64,000 nucleotides of DNA, from positions 160,001 through 224,000 of the IMG/VR virus record IMGVR_UViG_3300028591_000073; one strand, given 5' to 3'. Source of the DNA: a virus. Taxonomy: Duplodnaviria; Caudoviricetes. This document shows positions 27,122 through 36,868 of this stretch, piece after piece. The notes under the pieces were generated by a model. It was given only the letters and a program-made list of their open reading frames with translations. It was not told where the DNA came from and did no database searches. The position numbers and the translations under genes were made by a program. Positions within the stretch are counted from its first letter, which is position 1, and every line of letters begins with the position of its first letter.

Positions 27122-28098
27122 TAATATGCTTCTTTCTTCTGGGGAAGAGGAGCAACGCCGCCATTAATGGTTTCGCCAATTGCATAACCGGAGTCGTTTA
27201 GAGACTTCGCAAGTACATCTGTGGTAGCTGCGAATCTACGAGCAGATCTCTTCATCTGTTCCATAGCAGCCTGAGACAGAGCACCATTACCAACATACTG
27301 TGCAGCATATGCACCAGCACTCTTCTTAGTAGAATCAGATTCCAGTGCATTTGTTACAGATTCACAGAAGGTCTTCAGTGTGTATGCAGTTCTGATATAG
27401 TCAGCAATATCGGCAACACATGGGTTTGCGGATTCCATTACAGTCTGATCAGCAAGTGCAGCAGTTGCATATTCCATGCTGATGACAAACTTGTTCAGAT
27501 CGCCTTCAGAATAATCGGATTCGGATGTGACTGCATATTCAGCAACAAAGGAACCGGACATATTTGTCTTAAGACCGAATGCAGGAAGCATGTCCTGAAT
27601 GGATCTCATATAAAGACCAGCATTTGTACGAAGAGATGTACCATCCTTGAAACCACGGCTGATTGCAGTTCTGTCATTCTTTGCTCTCTGTGCAATTTTC
27701 TTAGCAGTTACTTCTGCAAATTCATCAAAATCATTTTCTTTCAAACCATCCGGAACACCGGTAATCTTGGCAGCACCACAAATGGCTTTCCAGCTCTTGT
27801 CAGCAGCAGTTGCAACTTTGGATGTAGCCATTTCCATCAGATTGAGGAATCCATTAGAAGAACGGGAGAATGCTTCCTGAGCAACACCCAGAGCTTCTCT
27901 ACGATCAGTTGGCAGACCTGCTTCTGTTGCGGCTTCCTGAATATAAGAAATATCGTTCTTGTCCAGATCCATGATATTTACTGATGCATTATAGATTGCG
28001 CCAGCTACATTAATCTGACCCATTGCTTCTTGAATATATGCATCCTGAGGACAGGAGTCGCCAGTTGCATAATCAAGCATCAAATCTGTAAACTTCAT
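27121..28098 (-). CDS. probable abundant virion (internal head) protein
   Basis: Ala-rich; YIQEA, VAQEA and VMESA motifs. Confidence 0.65.
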   Translation of the reverse strand: MKFTDLMLDYATGDSCPQDAYIQEAMGQINVAGAIYNASVNIMDLDKNDISYIQEAATEAGLPTDRREALGVAQEAFSRSSNGFLNLMEMATSKVATAADKSWKAICGAAKITGVPDGLKENDFDEFAEVTAKKIAQRAKNDRTAISRGFKDGTSLRTNAGLYMRSIQDMLPAFGLKTNMSGSFVAEYAVTSESDYSEGDLNKFVISMEYATAALADQTVMESANPCVADIADYIRTAYTLKTFCESVTNALESDSTKKSAGAYAAQYVGNGALSQAAMEQMKRSARRFAATTDVLAKSLNDSGYAIGETINGGVAPLPQKKEAY

Positions 28099-28219
28099 AA
28101 TTAGTAAAGTCCTTTCGTAATTGGATTTTCACAACAGAGCATTTTGAGGAAGAGCCCCCTGATCCCCAATAGTCTGTGTAAATTAACATTGAGTTGATAT
28201 AATATATACTATAGGTATC

Positions 28220-31006
28220 TTATTCTCCCTTGGAATAAGATTGAGAAATGAATTGTCTCCAGCACTGCTCCAATTGATCACGGATGGTATGGTAATCATA
28301 TTGCATGCACTTATCATAATAGATGCGAAGGAACTGTGCACCACGTTCTGTCACTTCATTTGTTGTCAATACAGAATCAGATCCGATATGTTTCATTTCA
28401 TCTTTTCCAGCAGGTGTTAATAAAGAATGTTTATCAAGGAATTTGTAAACTTCTTTGAATCTCTTAATGACATTCTTCTCATCCATTCCTTGATCAGTGT
28501 GCCAAGAAACTTTATCAAACTTTTGGAATGATTTATCGGAATAATATTGACGACGTGCAAAAGTAATGGAATTGATCGTATCATCAGAATTCAATACTAC
28601 TTCAATTGACATGATCTTAGAAACAAGCTTGTCATCACCTTCTGGTTTGATGTCAAGTGCTTTCTTTCTCAGATTATCAATCTTCCCAGGGAACACAATG
28701 GATCGATCAAGTTCAATTTGGATGTCCTTGATGATGGTAACACGAGCCACTTTATCGCTTTCATAATATACGATAAACTTTCCATAATCATCCATTTCTA
28801 CTGTGGATTTTTTTGGCTGACCAAAATCCTTTTCCAGTTTCTTTTGTGTCTTTGTACGTGTTGCACCAAATTCGATATCCTCAACTTCCTTACCAGGTTT
28901 TACTTCCCATTCAATCAGTTCGTCTTGGTCTTTCCGTTTGCTATTACTGACTACACCAGCGCCATCATATGATTCATCCATTTCAGCATACCATGAAGAT
29001 TTCAATTCACCAGTCTCTGGATCGATGTAGAATTCTTCTTCCAATTCATCATCTTCATCGTCATCATTTTCGGAATCTTCTTCATCATCATCTTCATCAT
29101 CATTGTCTTCATCGTCAATGTCTTCTTCGTCATCGTCTGTGTCTTTGTCTTTATCGTCATCTTCAGAATTATCTTCGTCTTTGGATTTGTTATCTGTATC
29201 CTTTTCGGGATCATTTGCTTCATCATCTTCATCAAGATTGGCATCGGAATCATCTTCATCGGATTCTTGGTAATAGGAGGATTGCATTTCACCATTTTCA
29301 TCCAGATAGAATTCTTCTTCATACTCTGGTTCATCTTCATCAGAAATGACTTCAATGTCTCTTCTATATGGTTCAGCACCAACGATTGGACCATGGTCAT
29401 ATCGATTGATCAAATCATTTGCTCTGGACTTATAAGAATTGATGATATCGACCTTGAGAGAACGTTTTCTCATACCTTGATCAACGAGTTGATGATAACG
29501 TGGATCTCCCTCTTCCTTAGCCAGCATTAAAGCAACGCATGATGTTACAATGTTCATGATGGTATCATCTGTTAATCTCATGCCATTGATTTCCACACCG
29601 TTCTTCTCCGCAAGATCTTGGAGTTCCTTTTGTTTACGATAATGAACAAGCATTTCACCAACTTTTGCAAACATGGCATCTTCTCCAGATTCCATTGTGA
29701 CATTACCATCGGCTTCATCGATATCATATTCAAACAACCAAAGCTTCTTTGCAATATCACGGACATGACGAATCACCATTGGTTGAGAACGTTCACATTC
29801 TGTGATCATATCTTGTTGCAAATTATTAATCATCTTGATTGTCTTCTTCATTAAAGATTTACTTGGTTTTTCATTTTTGGGGTCTGATAAGATTTCAATA
29901 TTCTTTTCGATATTCTCAATATCCTGATCGATAACTCTCTTAAGACCTTGATAAGAACGCTTGGGATCATGCGCATCATCATGTTTACTGGAATAATAGG
30001 ATTCACGACGTTCTTTCAATTCATTGAAGATATTTGTCATTTCTTCCAAGATGGCTTCTTTCGATGCTCTCTTCATTAGTGTCTTATACAGATGCTCAAG
30101 ATCTTTGGAAGAATTAGCAATGAATGTGTAGTAGTTGTTCTCACCAAGGCGGGATTCCATTGCTTCATCAATGTCTTGTTTTGCGGTCTTCTTAATGAGT
30201 GCAGCCGCTTCCTGATAACGATAGGATTCTGATATCTTATCACCGATTTTATTTCCAGCATCTCGAACAGCTTCACCGGCTTTACGTTTTACGGTACGTG
30301 CAGCTTTATCAACCTTATTCTTGGATTCAAAAGCATCGAAGATGGCATTACGGGCATCCATTCTGGATTGTGCTGCATCTCGCGCCCATTTATCTTCCAT
30401 ATCATAGTCATGTTTGTAAGCACGGGGGATTGTATTTAGAGTTTCTTTTACAGCACCACCAAAACTGCCAGCGTTCTTGATTTTATCAAGGTCATCTGCG
30501 GCATCATCAAATCTATCTTTGATACCACTACCTAGTTCATGGAAACCTCTCTTAAGACCTTTGACGACTTGATGACCTGTTTCTTTGATACCTTCTTTAA
30601 AACCTTCTTCTTCGACATCGATTTCTTCATCATTATCATCTGATGTGTCATTTTTATCGGTGTCATCATCTTTGGTATCTTTCTTCTTAGATGATTTCTT
30701 TTTGGATTTCTTCTTATCATCCTTTTTATCGTCCTTATCATCAGAATCCTCATCGTTTTCATCAGAAGAACCATAATCGAAATCATCATCAACATCTACG
30801 TCGGCAGGTTCAATAGTTGCACCTTGGTCATTATCAAGATCATACTTATCATCATACTTTTCGGACGTATTGGATTCTTCATCATCTACATCAGCTTTTG
30901 CTTTCTTAGCTTCTTGGTAGATATGAGAATCGCCTTTGTATCGAACTTTTTGTTCTTGTACTGGCTCTTCGTCGAGCAGTTTGAGTGTATCTCCAAAATC
31001 AATCAT
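28220..31006 (-). CDS. large acidic low-complexity protein, probable internal virion protein
   Basis: Two long D/E tracts; IYQEA, RYQEA, YYQES, TMESG motifs; GAAAGGAG RBS. Confidence 0.7.
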   Translation of the reverse strand: MIDFGDTLKLLDEEPVQEQKVRYKGDSHIYQEAKKAKADVDDEESNTSEKYDDKYDLDNDQGATIEPADVDVDDDFDYGSSDENDEDSDDKDDKKDDKKKSKKKSSKKKDTKDDDTDKNDTSDDNDEEIDVEEEGFKEGIKETGHQVVKGLKRGFHELGSGIKDRFDDAADDLDKIKNAGSFGGAVKETLNTIPRAYKHDYDMEDKWARDAAQSRMDARNAIFDAFESKNKVDKAARTVKRKAGEAVRDAGNKIGDKISESYRYQEAAALIKKTAKQDIDEAMESRLGENNYYTFIANSSKDLEHLYKTLMKRASKEAILEEMTNIFNELKERRESYYSSKHDDAHDPKRSYQGLKRVIDQDIENIEKNIEILSDPKNEKPSKSLMKKTIKMINNLQQDMITECERSQPMVIRHVRDIAKKLWLFEYDIDEADGNVTMESGEDAMFAKVGEMLVHYRKQKELQDLAEKNGVEINGMRLTDDTIMNIVTSCVALMLAKEEGDPRYHQLVDQGMRKRSLKVDIINSYKSRANDLINRYDHGPIVGAEPYRRDIEVISDEDEPEYEEEFYLDENGEMQSSYYQESDEDDSDANLDEDDEANDPEKDTDNKSKDEDNSEDDDKDKDTDDDEEDIDDEDNDDEDDDEEDSENDDDEDDELEEEFYIDPETGELKSSWYAEMDESYDGAGVVSNSKRKDQDELIEWEVKPGKEVEDIEFGATRTKTQKKLEKDFGQPKKSTVEMDDYGKFIVYYESDKVARVTIIKDIQIELDRSIVFPGKIDNLRKKALDIKPEGDDKLVSKIMSIEVVLNSDDTINSITFARRQYYSDKSFQKFDKVSWHTDQGMDEKNVIKRFKEVYKFLDKHSLLTPAGKDEMKHIGSDSVLTTNEVTERGAQFLRIYYDKCMQYDYHTIRDQLEQCWRQFISQSYSKGE

Positions 31007-31075
31007 ATCGATTGCTCCTTTCGTATAAAAAATTTACAAATGCGTTAACCCCGGCATATGCCGGGGTTATTTACA

Positions 31076-31399
31076 TCAACGGAAACAATTGTACTGTTCA
31101 CCAAGCTGTGTTTGGTAACTGGATAACGGAATGCATTCAACATTGGGAATGACAACAGATGGATCATTAAATAATGATTCATACTGTTGATTCACAATCT
31201 TGGTTCCGATATCAAATAGAATGTTCAACTTATGTTCCACATCCGAAGTAGTAATTCTTATCATCTTTCGATATGTTGTCACATAATCAAGAAGCTGTTT
31301 TCCCAAATGTTGTAATTCTACTTCGTCCAATCCTTTGATTTCTTGTTCACGATTATCTCCTTGAATAATCATTGATAACACCTCACTTTCCATGAACAA
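31076..31399 (-). CDS. hypothetical protein
   Basis: ORF 107 aa followed by palindrome terminator. Confidence 0.55.
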   Translation of the reverse strand: MFMESEVLSMIIQGDNREQEIKGLDEVELQHLGKQLLDYVTTYRKMIRITTSDVEHKLNILFDIGTKIVNQQYESLFNDPSVVIPNVECIPLSSYQTQLGEQYNCFR

Positions 31400-31456
31400 T
31401 TCGACAATACATCTTCGATGTACACTTTAATATTATATATAAAGGAGAAATGAATT

Positions 31457-31915
31457 ATGTTTGATATGACAAATGAGGAAGCCATCATTCAAATGATCAA
31501 GGATAAAGATGAAGATTGTTATGTAATTCCATTATATGTTCACATCAATAACAACCATTACAATCTTTGGGAAATGGATCAGATTAATGACTTTTCTCCA
31601 TATACCATCAAAGTTGGGTTTGGGTCTTCTCGAGGATTAATGATCAAATCACAATTACCAGCTGAGTGTGTATATGAATTCAATATGGAATTGACATTAC
31701 ATCAGTATGATTATGACAAAGATGTTGATCGATTTTATTATGTATTTGAGACTGGGTTTATGGAGGAAGAAGAATTGAAAGATGATTTTCATAAACAGAT
31801 TCAAGCATACATGGATGCGATTGCGGAACATGTGAAGAAACATGTGGAAGAACGAAGAATGGAGGTGAGAAAACAAATGATGGAAGATGAAGACAATTAC
31901 ATTAGTACTGGATAA
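31457..31915 (+). CDS. hypothetical protein
   Basis: AAAGGAG RBS, 152 aa. Confidence 0.7.
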   Translation: MFDMTNEEAIIQMIKDKDEDCYVIPLYVHINNNHYNLWEMDQINDFSPYTIKVGFGSSRGLMIKSQLPAECVYEFNMELTLHQYDYDKDVDRFYYVFETGFMEEEELKDDFHKQIQAYMDAIAEHVKKHVEERRMEVRKQMMEDEDNYISTG

Positions 31916-31918
31916 GTG

Positions 31919-32003
31919 AAACTATTATTTCATTTTTGAACATGTATATTATTAAATTGACCGGAGGTCAATCAATGTATAATAATATTATATAATGAAA
32001 GGA
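31919..32003 (+). promoter_or_regulatory. 85-bp promoter-like element, identical to reverse complement of 11202-11286
   Basis: Direct comparison. Confidence 0.75.
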
Positions 32004-32015
32004 TATGTATAAGGT

Positions 32016-32270
32016 ATGAAGTATGTGTTATTTGTTGTTGTGTATGTGGTGATAGACATCCTGACATGTTATGGAATTAATTCGTGGATTTCGAAATGGT
32101 TGCTGGAACGAGCACATGACAAATGGGGTGCATCTTATTATCATAATATGACAAATAAACAAAAGAATTGGTTTGAAACAAGACAAACAATACATGAATG
32201 CACATGGGATATGATTGCAAGTGTCATATTGGTTGTGATACTTCTTAATGTATTCGAATTCGGAAATTAA
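32016..32270 (+). CDS. small two-TM membrane protein
   Basis: Two hydrophobic segments; behind repeated promoter. Confidence 0.65.
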   Translation: MKYVLFVVVYVVIDILTCYGINSWISKWLLERAHDKWGASYYHNMTNKQKNWFETRQTIHECTWDMIASVILVVILLNVFEFGN

Positions 32271-32286
32271 GAAAGGAGGATTATTT

Positions 32287-32544
32287 ATGGATTATTTGAT
32301 CAGTCTAGGTATCATCGGTTGGTTTATTTCGTTTATTGTCATGACAATGTTATCATCATTTTTAACAGACATGATTATGTTATTGATTCATATGCTATTC
32401 TTGAGAAATGTGGATTTCAATACATTATCAGACAAGAAACGAAAACTTTATGATGGATTTCATGATGTTCTAAGAACATCATTATGGATTGCAGCAATGG
32501 CTTGGACAGTGATTATGATTTTCAGTAGCTGCTCTCATCGGTAA
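32287..32544 (+). CDS. small two-TM membrane protein, similar architecture to the previous gene
   Basis: GAAAGGAGG RBS before MDYLIS; hydrophobic ends. Confidence 0.65.
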   Translation: MDYLISLGIIGWFISFIVMTMLSSFLTDMIMLLIHMLFLRNVDFNTLSDKKRKLYDGFHDVLRTSLWIAAMAWTVIMIFSSCSHR

Positions 32545-32569
32545 CATACAAAATTTGAAAGTGAGGTAG

Positions 32570-33526
32570 GTGAGTGAGATGGATCATGATGCATTAACAA
32601 AATTCAAGGAAGAATTATTGAATACTGGATTATTCAAGCAAACCCCGAGTGATCCAAATCAATATCGGTGTAAAACTTGTCCATTTTGTGGAGATGAAAA
32701 ATCTCACATGTATGTGAGAATCACATTAAGTGATGATACACCGGTATTGTATCATTGTTTCAAATGTAATGAAAGTGGAATCATCAACAAAGAATGGTTG
32801 GATTATTTTGGATTGGATATTAAAATACCAAAACAAACATATCGTAAGAAATTGGACATTGCTAATGTATCCACAATTGTGAATACCGTCTCTTGTAATG
32901 AGAATGATAACTTTGAAATGGTTTATCAATACATCTATGATAGAATTGGAGAACGAGTTACCTTGGAACAATTGCAGATGTTTCAATATATGGGCAATCC
33001 ATTTCAATATGTCAAAGAGTATTTAGAACCTGAGATTCAGAGTGATTATTATTTGAAACAAAGATGCTGGTTTAAATTAACAAACGGGAATATTGTTGGA
33101 AGAGCCTATGATAAGAACGACAAGATGCGATGGTTTCGATATCAAACAAAGAATTGTGTTGGTAGAGGTTTGTATACGATGAAAGAACCAATCGACTTGT
33201 ATAAAACGATTAATGTATGTATCGCCGAAGGTATCATGGATGTGATTGGATTGTATTATCATTACCCGACATCCAATGCATTTCACATTGCTGTATTGGG
33301 AAAAGATTATCAAGTGGGTATCCAGCATATGTTGAACATGGGTGTGTTTGGTGACTCTGTATGTATCAAGATATTCAAAGATGCAGATGTGGATTTAAAC
33401 CGTATCCGTATCGATAAGAACATCCGAAGATTATTCAAGAAGATAGAAATCTACCAGAACACTTTAGACTCTGATTATGGTGTTAAAGAAGACAAAACCG
33501 AAATTGTTAGAGTAACAAAATTATGA
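32570..33526 (+). CDS. DNA primase (Zn-finger plus TOPRIM)
   Basis: CPFCGD..H..HCFKC zinc-binding domain; IAEGIMDV TOPRIM; DAD; DYG. Confidence 0.85.
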   Translation: MSEMDHDALTKFKEELLNTGLFKQTPSDPNQYRCKTCPFCGDEKSHMYVRITLSDDTPVLYHCFKCNESGIINKEWLDYFGLDIKIPKQTYRKKLDIANVSTIVNTVSCNENDNFEMVYQYIYDRIGERVTLEQLQMFQYMGNPFQYVKEYLEPEIQSDYYLKQRCWFKLTNGNIVGRAYDKNDKMRWFRYQTKNCVGRGLYTMKEPIDLYKTINVCIAEGIMDVIGLYYHYPTSNAFHIAVLGKDYQVGIQHMLNMGVFGDSVCIKIFKDADVDLNRIRIDKNIRRLFKKIEIYQNTLDSDYGVKEDKTEIVRVTKL

Positions 33527-33566
33527 GTGATAACGGGGGCATGTGCCCCCGTATATTTTTTTATCA

Positions 33567-33836
33567 TTAACCAATCTCAATTGCTTTATTTTCAAATTTT
33601 TTATATGCATCAAAATAGATGCAATTGTTATCCTTATCATATGTGCATTCATAATACATACCATCTGGCAATGTCGTAGACAATAGTGCTTTCATATTAC
33701 CGAGAATAAAACAATGCCAAACGATATACACTGAGAAATTGACATCTGGATCACTTTTATCCAAATGATCCAACACATATTTTTTCACAATAGATTCTGC
33801 TTTACTTAAGAACTCTGCATCATTCATTTGTATCAT
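33567..33836 (-). CDS. conserved small phage protein (DUF6275-like)
   Basis: VYIVW..LGNMKALLST..DGMYYE.TY....IYFDAYKKFENK pattern. Confidence 0.7.
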   Translation of the reverse strand: MIQMNDAEFLSKAESIVKKYVLDHLDKSDPDVNFSVYIVWHCFILGNMKALLSTTLPDGMYYECTYDKDNNCIYFDAYKKFENKAIEIG

Positions 33837-34137
33837 CTCCCGGACAGATTCCGTGTTTTACACGATCTGCAAGTTCAGATCTCTTCGCATTGTTCCAACG
33901 ATCCACACTTGAAGTTAGGTAACCGGTTATGCGCGCTATTTTAATAAATGGAACGTTTGTCTCATCTTTGTTCTTGTATTCATATTTCATAGAAACATCT
34001 TCAGTACTATCCTCATTCTTTTCAATTGTAAGTTCGATATCAGTAAATTCTACATTTGGAAATTTCTCTTTTAAATAATCCACGTAGATCTTCTTTTCTT
34101 CAGGAGACATCGCTCCACCTTTCACTGTAATATTCAT
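33820..34137 (-). CDS. stand-alone NrdD C-terminal glycyl-radical domain protein
   Basis: ARITGYL..RWNNAKRSELADRVKH, the C-terminal signature of class III RNR, in a 105-aa protein. Confidence 0.75.
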   Translation of the reverse strand: MNITVKGGAMSPEEKKIYVDYLKEKFPNVEFTDIELTIEKNEDSTEDVSMKYEYKNKDETNVPFIKIARITGYLTSSVDRWNNAKRSELADRVKHGICPGDDTNE

Positions 34138-34286
34138 ATTAAAACCTCATTTCATATATATATCATTAATATGATAGACATCACGATGGTCATGTCTATC
34201 AACCAACTGAGATCCACACCTCGGTTGGTTAAACAACCGTTTTGATCATCAACAGTCAAAAATATTTTCTTAGGAGGTTTTTAATT

Positions 34287-35174
34287 ATGCTGAAAAATGT
34301 CAGATTCGCTGAAGTTAAACTTAAGGACATTGAAAGTGGTGTTCCATTCAAAGTATACCATTGTCGTGTCGGGAAAGATTATGATATCTTTACAGAAAAG
34401 ATGGGGGTGTTTGAAGGGGTACCAATGAAGATTCAACTGACCATCAATTACACCAAGACATCTTATCATTCAGATGAAGAAGCTAAGATGGAGACGCATT
34501 TTCTCATTCGAGATTTTTATGCCGTATTCAGTATCGGGGAAGAGGAAATAGAAATGAGATGGGATATGGATGATTTCTTATCAGTCCAAGCTCGAAATAA
34601 AATACTCATGAACAGTATATATGGGATATCTGGAATACAGAGTGTGTTATCTGCGAAACATTTGTTGCCACCACAAAGAAGAAATGGTCCGTTGACATTT
34701 GATGGAGAACTTACAATGAACAATATCATGTATTCTTTTTGGAAAATTGCAACTCTCATGCATTTATCACTGATTGGAGACTGCTCTTGGCTTTACAGCA
34801 TTTCAAACCCTGCAGGAATCTTCGCTGCTATTCATTCAGCATTTACAATCTTTCCGATTGCAAAGAAGTGTTATATGAGTATTGTTAAATCTAATGAGAG
34901 AATTGCAATAAATCAATTAACACAAGTCATTGAATATTGTCAAACGAATGATTCATTTAATAACAGACCCATTGAAGCAGTCGTTGCACCAATGGTGAGT
35001 GCTATCCATGAATGTGGTAAACCAGAATTATTCCGAAACATTCCCATGGAAGTTCGAACAATACTGGTACCGCATTTCAATAAAGGAAACCAGCATGAGA
35101 TTGTTTCCGAACTCAATCATTATACAGATGGACGGTATCATGATTTAAATGACATGTCCATGTGGGAACTTTAA
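34287..35174 (+). CDS. hypothetical protein, LNHY..WEL paralogue family (1)
   Basis: C-terminal IPMEVRTILVPHFNKGNQHEIVSELNHY..WEL; start behind TAGGAGG. Confidence 0.75.
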   Translation: MLKNVRFAEVKLKDIESGVPFKVYHCRVGKDYDIFTEKMGVFEGVPMKIQLTINYTKTSYHSDEEAKMETHFLIRDFYAVFSIGEEEIEMRWDMDDFLSVQARNKILMNSIYGISGIQSVLSAKHLLPPQRRNGPLTFDGELTMNNIMYSFWKIATLMHLSLIGDCSWLYSISNPAGIFAAIHSAFTIFPIAKKCYMSIVKSNERIAINQLTQVIEYCQTNDSFNNRPIEAVVAPMVSAIHECGKPELFRNIPMEVRTILVPHFNKGNQHEIVSELNHYTDGRYHDLNDMSMWEL

Positions 35175-35191
35175 TCAAGGAGGAAATTGTT

Positions 35192-36058
35192 ATGAAAATT
35201 ATCAGTGATATGAAAGTGAAAGACTTTCCGTCAGGAGTGTCTTTTAAGGCATACTATCAAGAACCAAGACTGACACATCAGGGTGGTTTGTTATTCGATG
35301 AACCATATACCGGCTCATTGGAACGTAATTCGGTTCCGAAACTGGATGCATCATATGGAACTTGGTTTCCAGTAAGGACAAAAGAGACCTATCATTATCG
35401 TGCGGATGATGTGATGGAATGTGACATCACCATCACGTACCATGAAATTGATGATGACTTGGAAAACCAGCATAAATTGGATGATGATGCAGAAATAGTG
35501 ATTGATAAAATCGATGTCTCGATGATGAGACATGGTATAAAAATCACAAATCATTATTATGGGACGCATGATGATAATGAAGTGTTTAGTCGCCATAGTA
35601 GGATAATCGATTGGTTCTCTTCGAAGGTTAAACTTCAATATTTTCCTTTGATCAGTGTAATTGGTAAATGTTATCATATACTGTGTGGTGAGTTCACAGA
35701 ACTTGTATACACTGAACCAGCATTGAATCAATTGTGTGACTGCGAAATGATTATTAGAGGTATTGCATCATCGGAATCAACACCTTGGTTGGCAGAGACA
35801 CTTCTCAGTCGTTATTGTGAACTAACTGAGAAAAGAAACGATATATCACAAGTGGCATTCTCCCAGACGACATTGTTCATGCTTATATATGAACTCGTGA
35901 ATCAAAACCGGGGAGAGGTATTACGTATAATACCATTGACTCTGAGAACACATCTGATTGCAAGGTTTAATGAAGCTGGGAAACATGCAATTGTCGCAGC
36001 GTTAAACCATTACCACAAAGGGGATTACAGAAATCCCGGAAAGGATTTGGTATTATGA
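35192..36058 (+). CDS. LNHY..WEL family paralogue (2)
   Basis: IPLTLRTHLIARFNEAGKHAIVAALNHYHKGDY. Confidence 0.75.
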   Translation: MKIISDMKVKDFPSGVSFKAYYQEPRLTHQGGLLFDEPYTGSLERNSVPKLDASYGTWFPVRTKETYHYRADDVMECDITITYHEIDDDLENQHKLDDDAEIVIDKIDVSMMRHGIKITNHYYGTHDDNEVFSRHSRIIDWFSSKVKLQYFPLISVIGKCYHILCGEFTELVYTEPALNQLCDCEMIIRGIASSESTPWLAETLLSRYCELTEKRNDISQVAFSQTTLFMLIYELVNQNRGEVLRIIPLTLRTHLIARFNEAGKHAIVAALNHYHKGDYRNPGKDLVL

Positions 36059-36843
36059 AAATAGAAATGAGTATAAATGGTGGTGCTTTCGTGGAATTAA
36101 CATTGGATGATTTCCTGAATGCAAAACTAGAAACAGGCACCCCAGAGATTAGATTTGTTAGAAACGATACACATGTTGGATGTCATAAATATCCAAGTGT
36201 TGCAGTGACCGCAATCATCGATTGTATACCGAGACAACGTCCTATATTCAGTATTTACCATCATCTTCTTGATTACGATGCCGATTACTCAGTATATCAA
36301 CTCACAAGATTTGATTTATCAATCCATCATATCAATAATCCAAAATATGATATAGAGGTTCAGATGGAAAGACAGGCTTTAGCTGATATTGAGATTTTCA
36401 ATGATACCAATTTATTGGATACAATGATTTATCCAATCTTAGATATAGTAAATCAAATCATTAATTTCAATTGGATGGTACTTGAAAACTATCGGCTTGG
36501 TTTCTCTGATATGTTCAACATTTTCAAAGCAATTCTGATTGGAATCGCAAAGAATCCAAATCTAGCCAGTCAGATTGAGAATATGTTGATTGCATTGTCA
36601 TTGGAACCAAAGGAGAAATATTTACAAGAGAAATATGTGCGGTTATGCATTGCCATTTGTGAAACAATTCATACATCGACACAAGAGTATGAGATTTACA
36701 AATGCATCTCAACTTCCATGAGAGCAAAACTCATTGAGCATTTCCTCAATGAAAATAAACCGGATATCGTGGCACAATTGATACACTTCTCTAATCCGGT
36801 TAAAATTGAAGACATTCCCAATGATGACAGATGGAGTTTATAA
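36055..36843 (+). CDS. LNHY..WEL family paralogue (3, divergent)
   Basis: MRAKLIEHFLNENKPDIVAQLIHF..RWSL. Confidence 0.7.
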   Translation: MKIEMSINGGAFVELTLDDFLNAKLETGTPEIRFVRNDTHVGCHKYPSVAVTAIIDCIPRQRPIFSIYHHLLDYDADYSVYQLTRFDLSIHHINNPKYDIEVQMERQALADIEIFNDTNLLDTMIYPILDIVNQIINFNWMVLENYRLGFSDMFNIFKAILIGIAKNPNLASQIENMLIALSLEPKEKYLQEKYVRLCIAICETIHTSTQEYEIYKCISTSMRAKLIEHFLNENKPDIVAQLIHFSNPVKIEDIPNDDRWSL

Positions 36844-36868
36844 TTAATTAATTATAGGAGGATTCATT

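Noticed and set aside
29020-29260. Tandem DNA repeat (TCATC-rich)
   Set aside because: Explained by the Asp/Glu low-complexity tract of the 928-aa protein.
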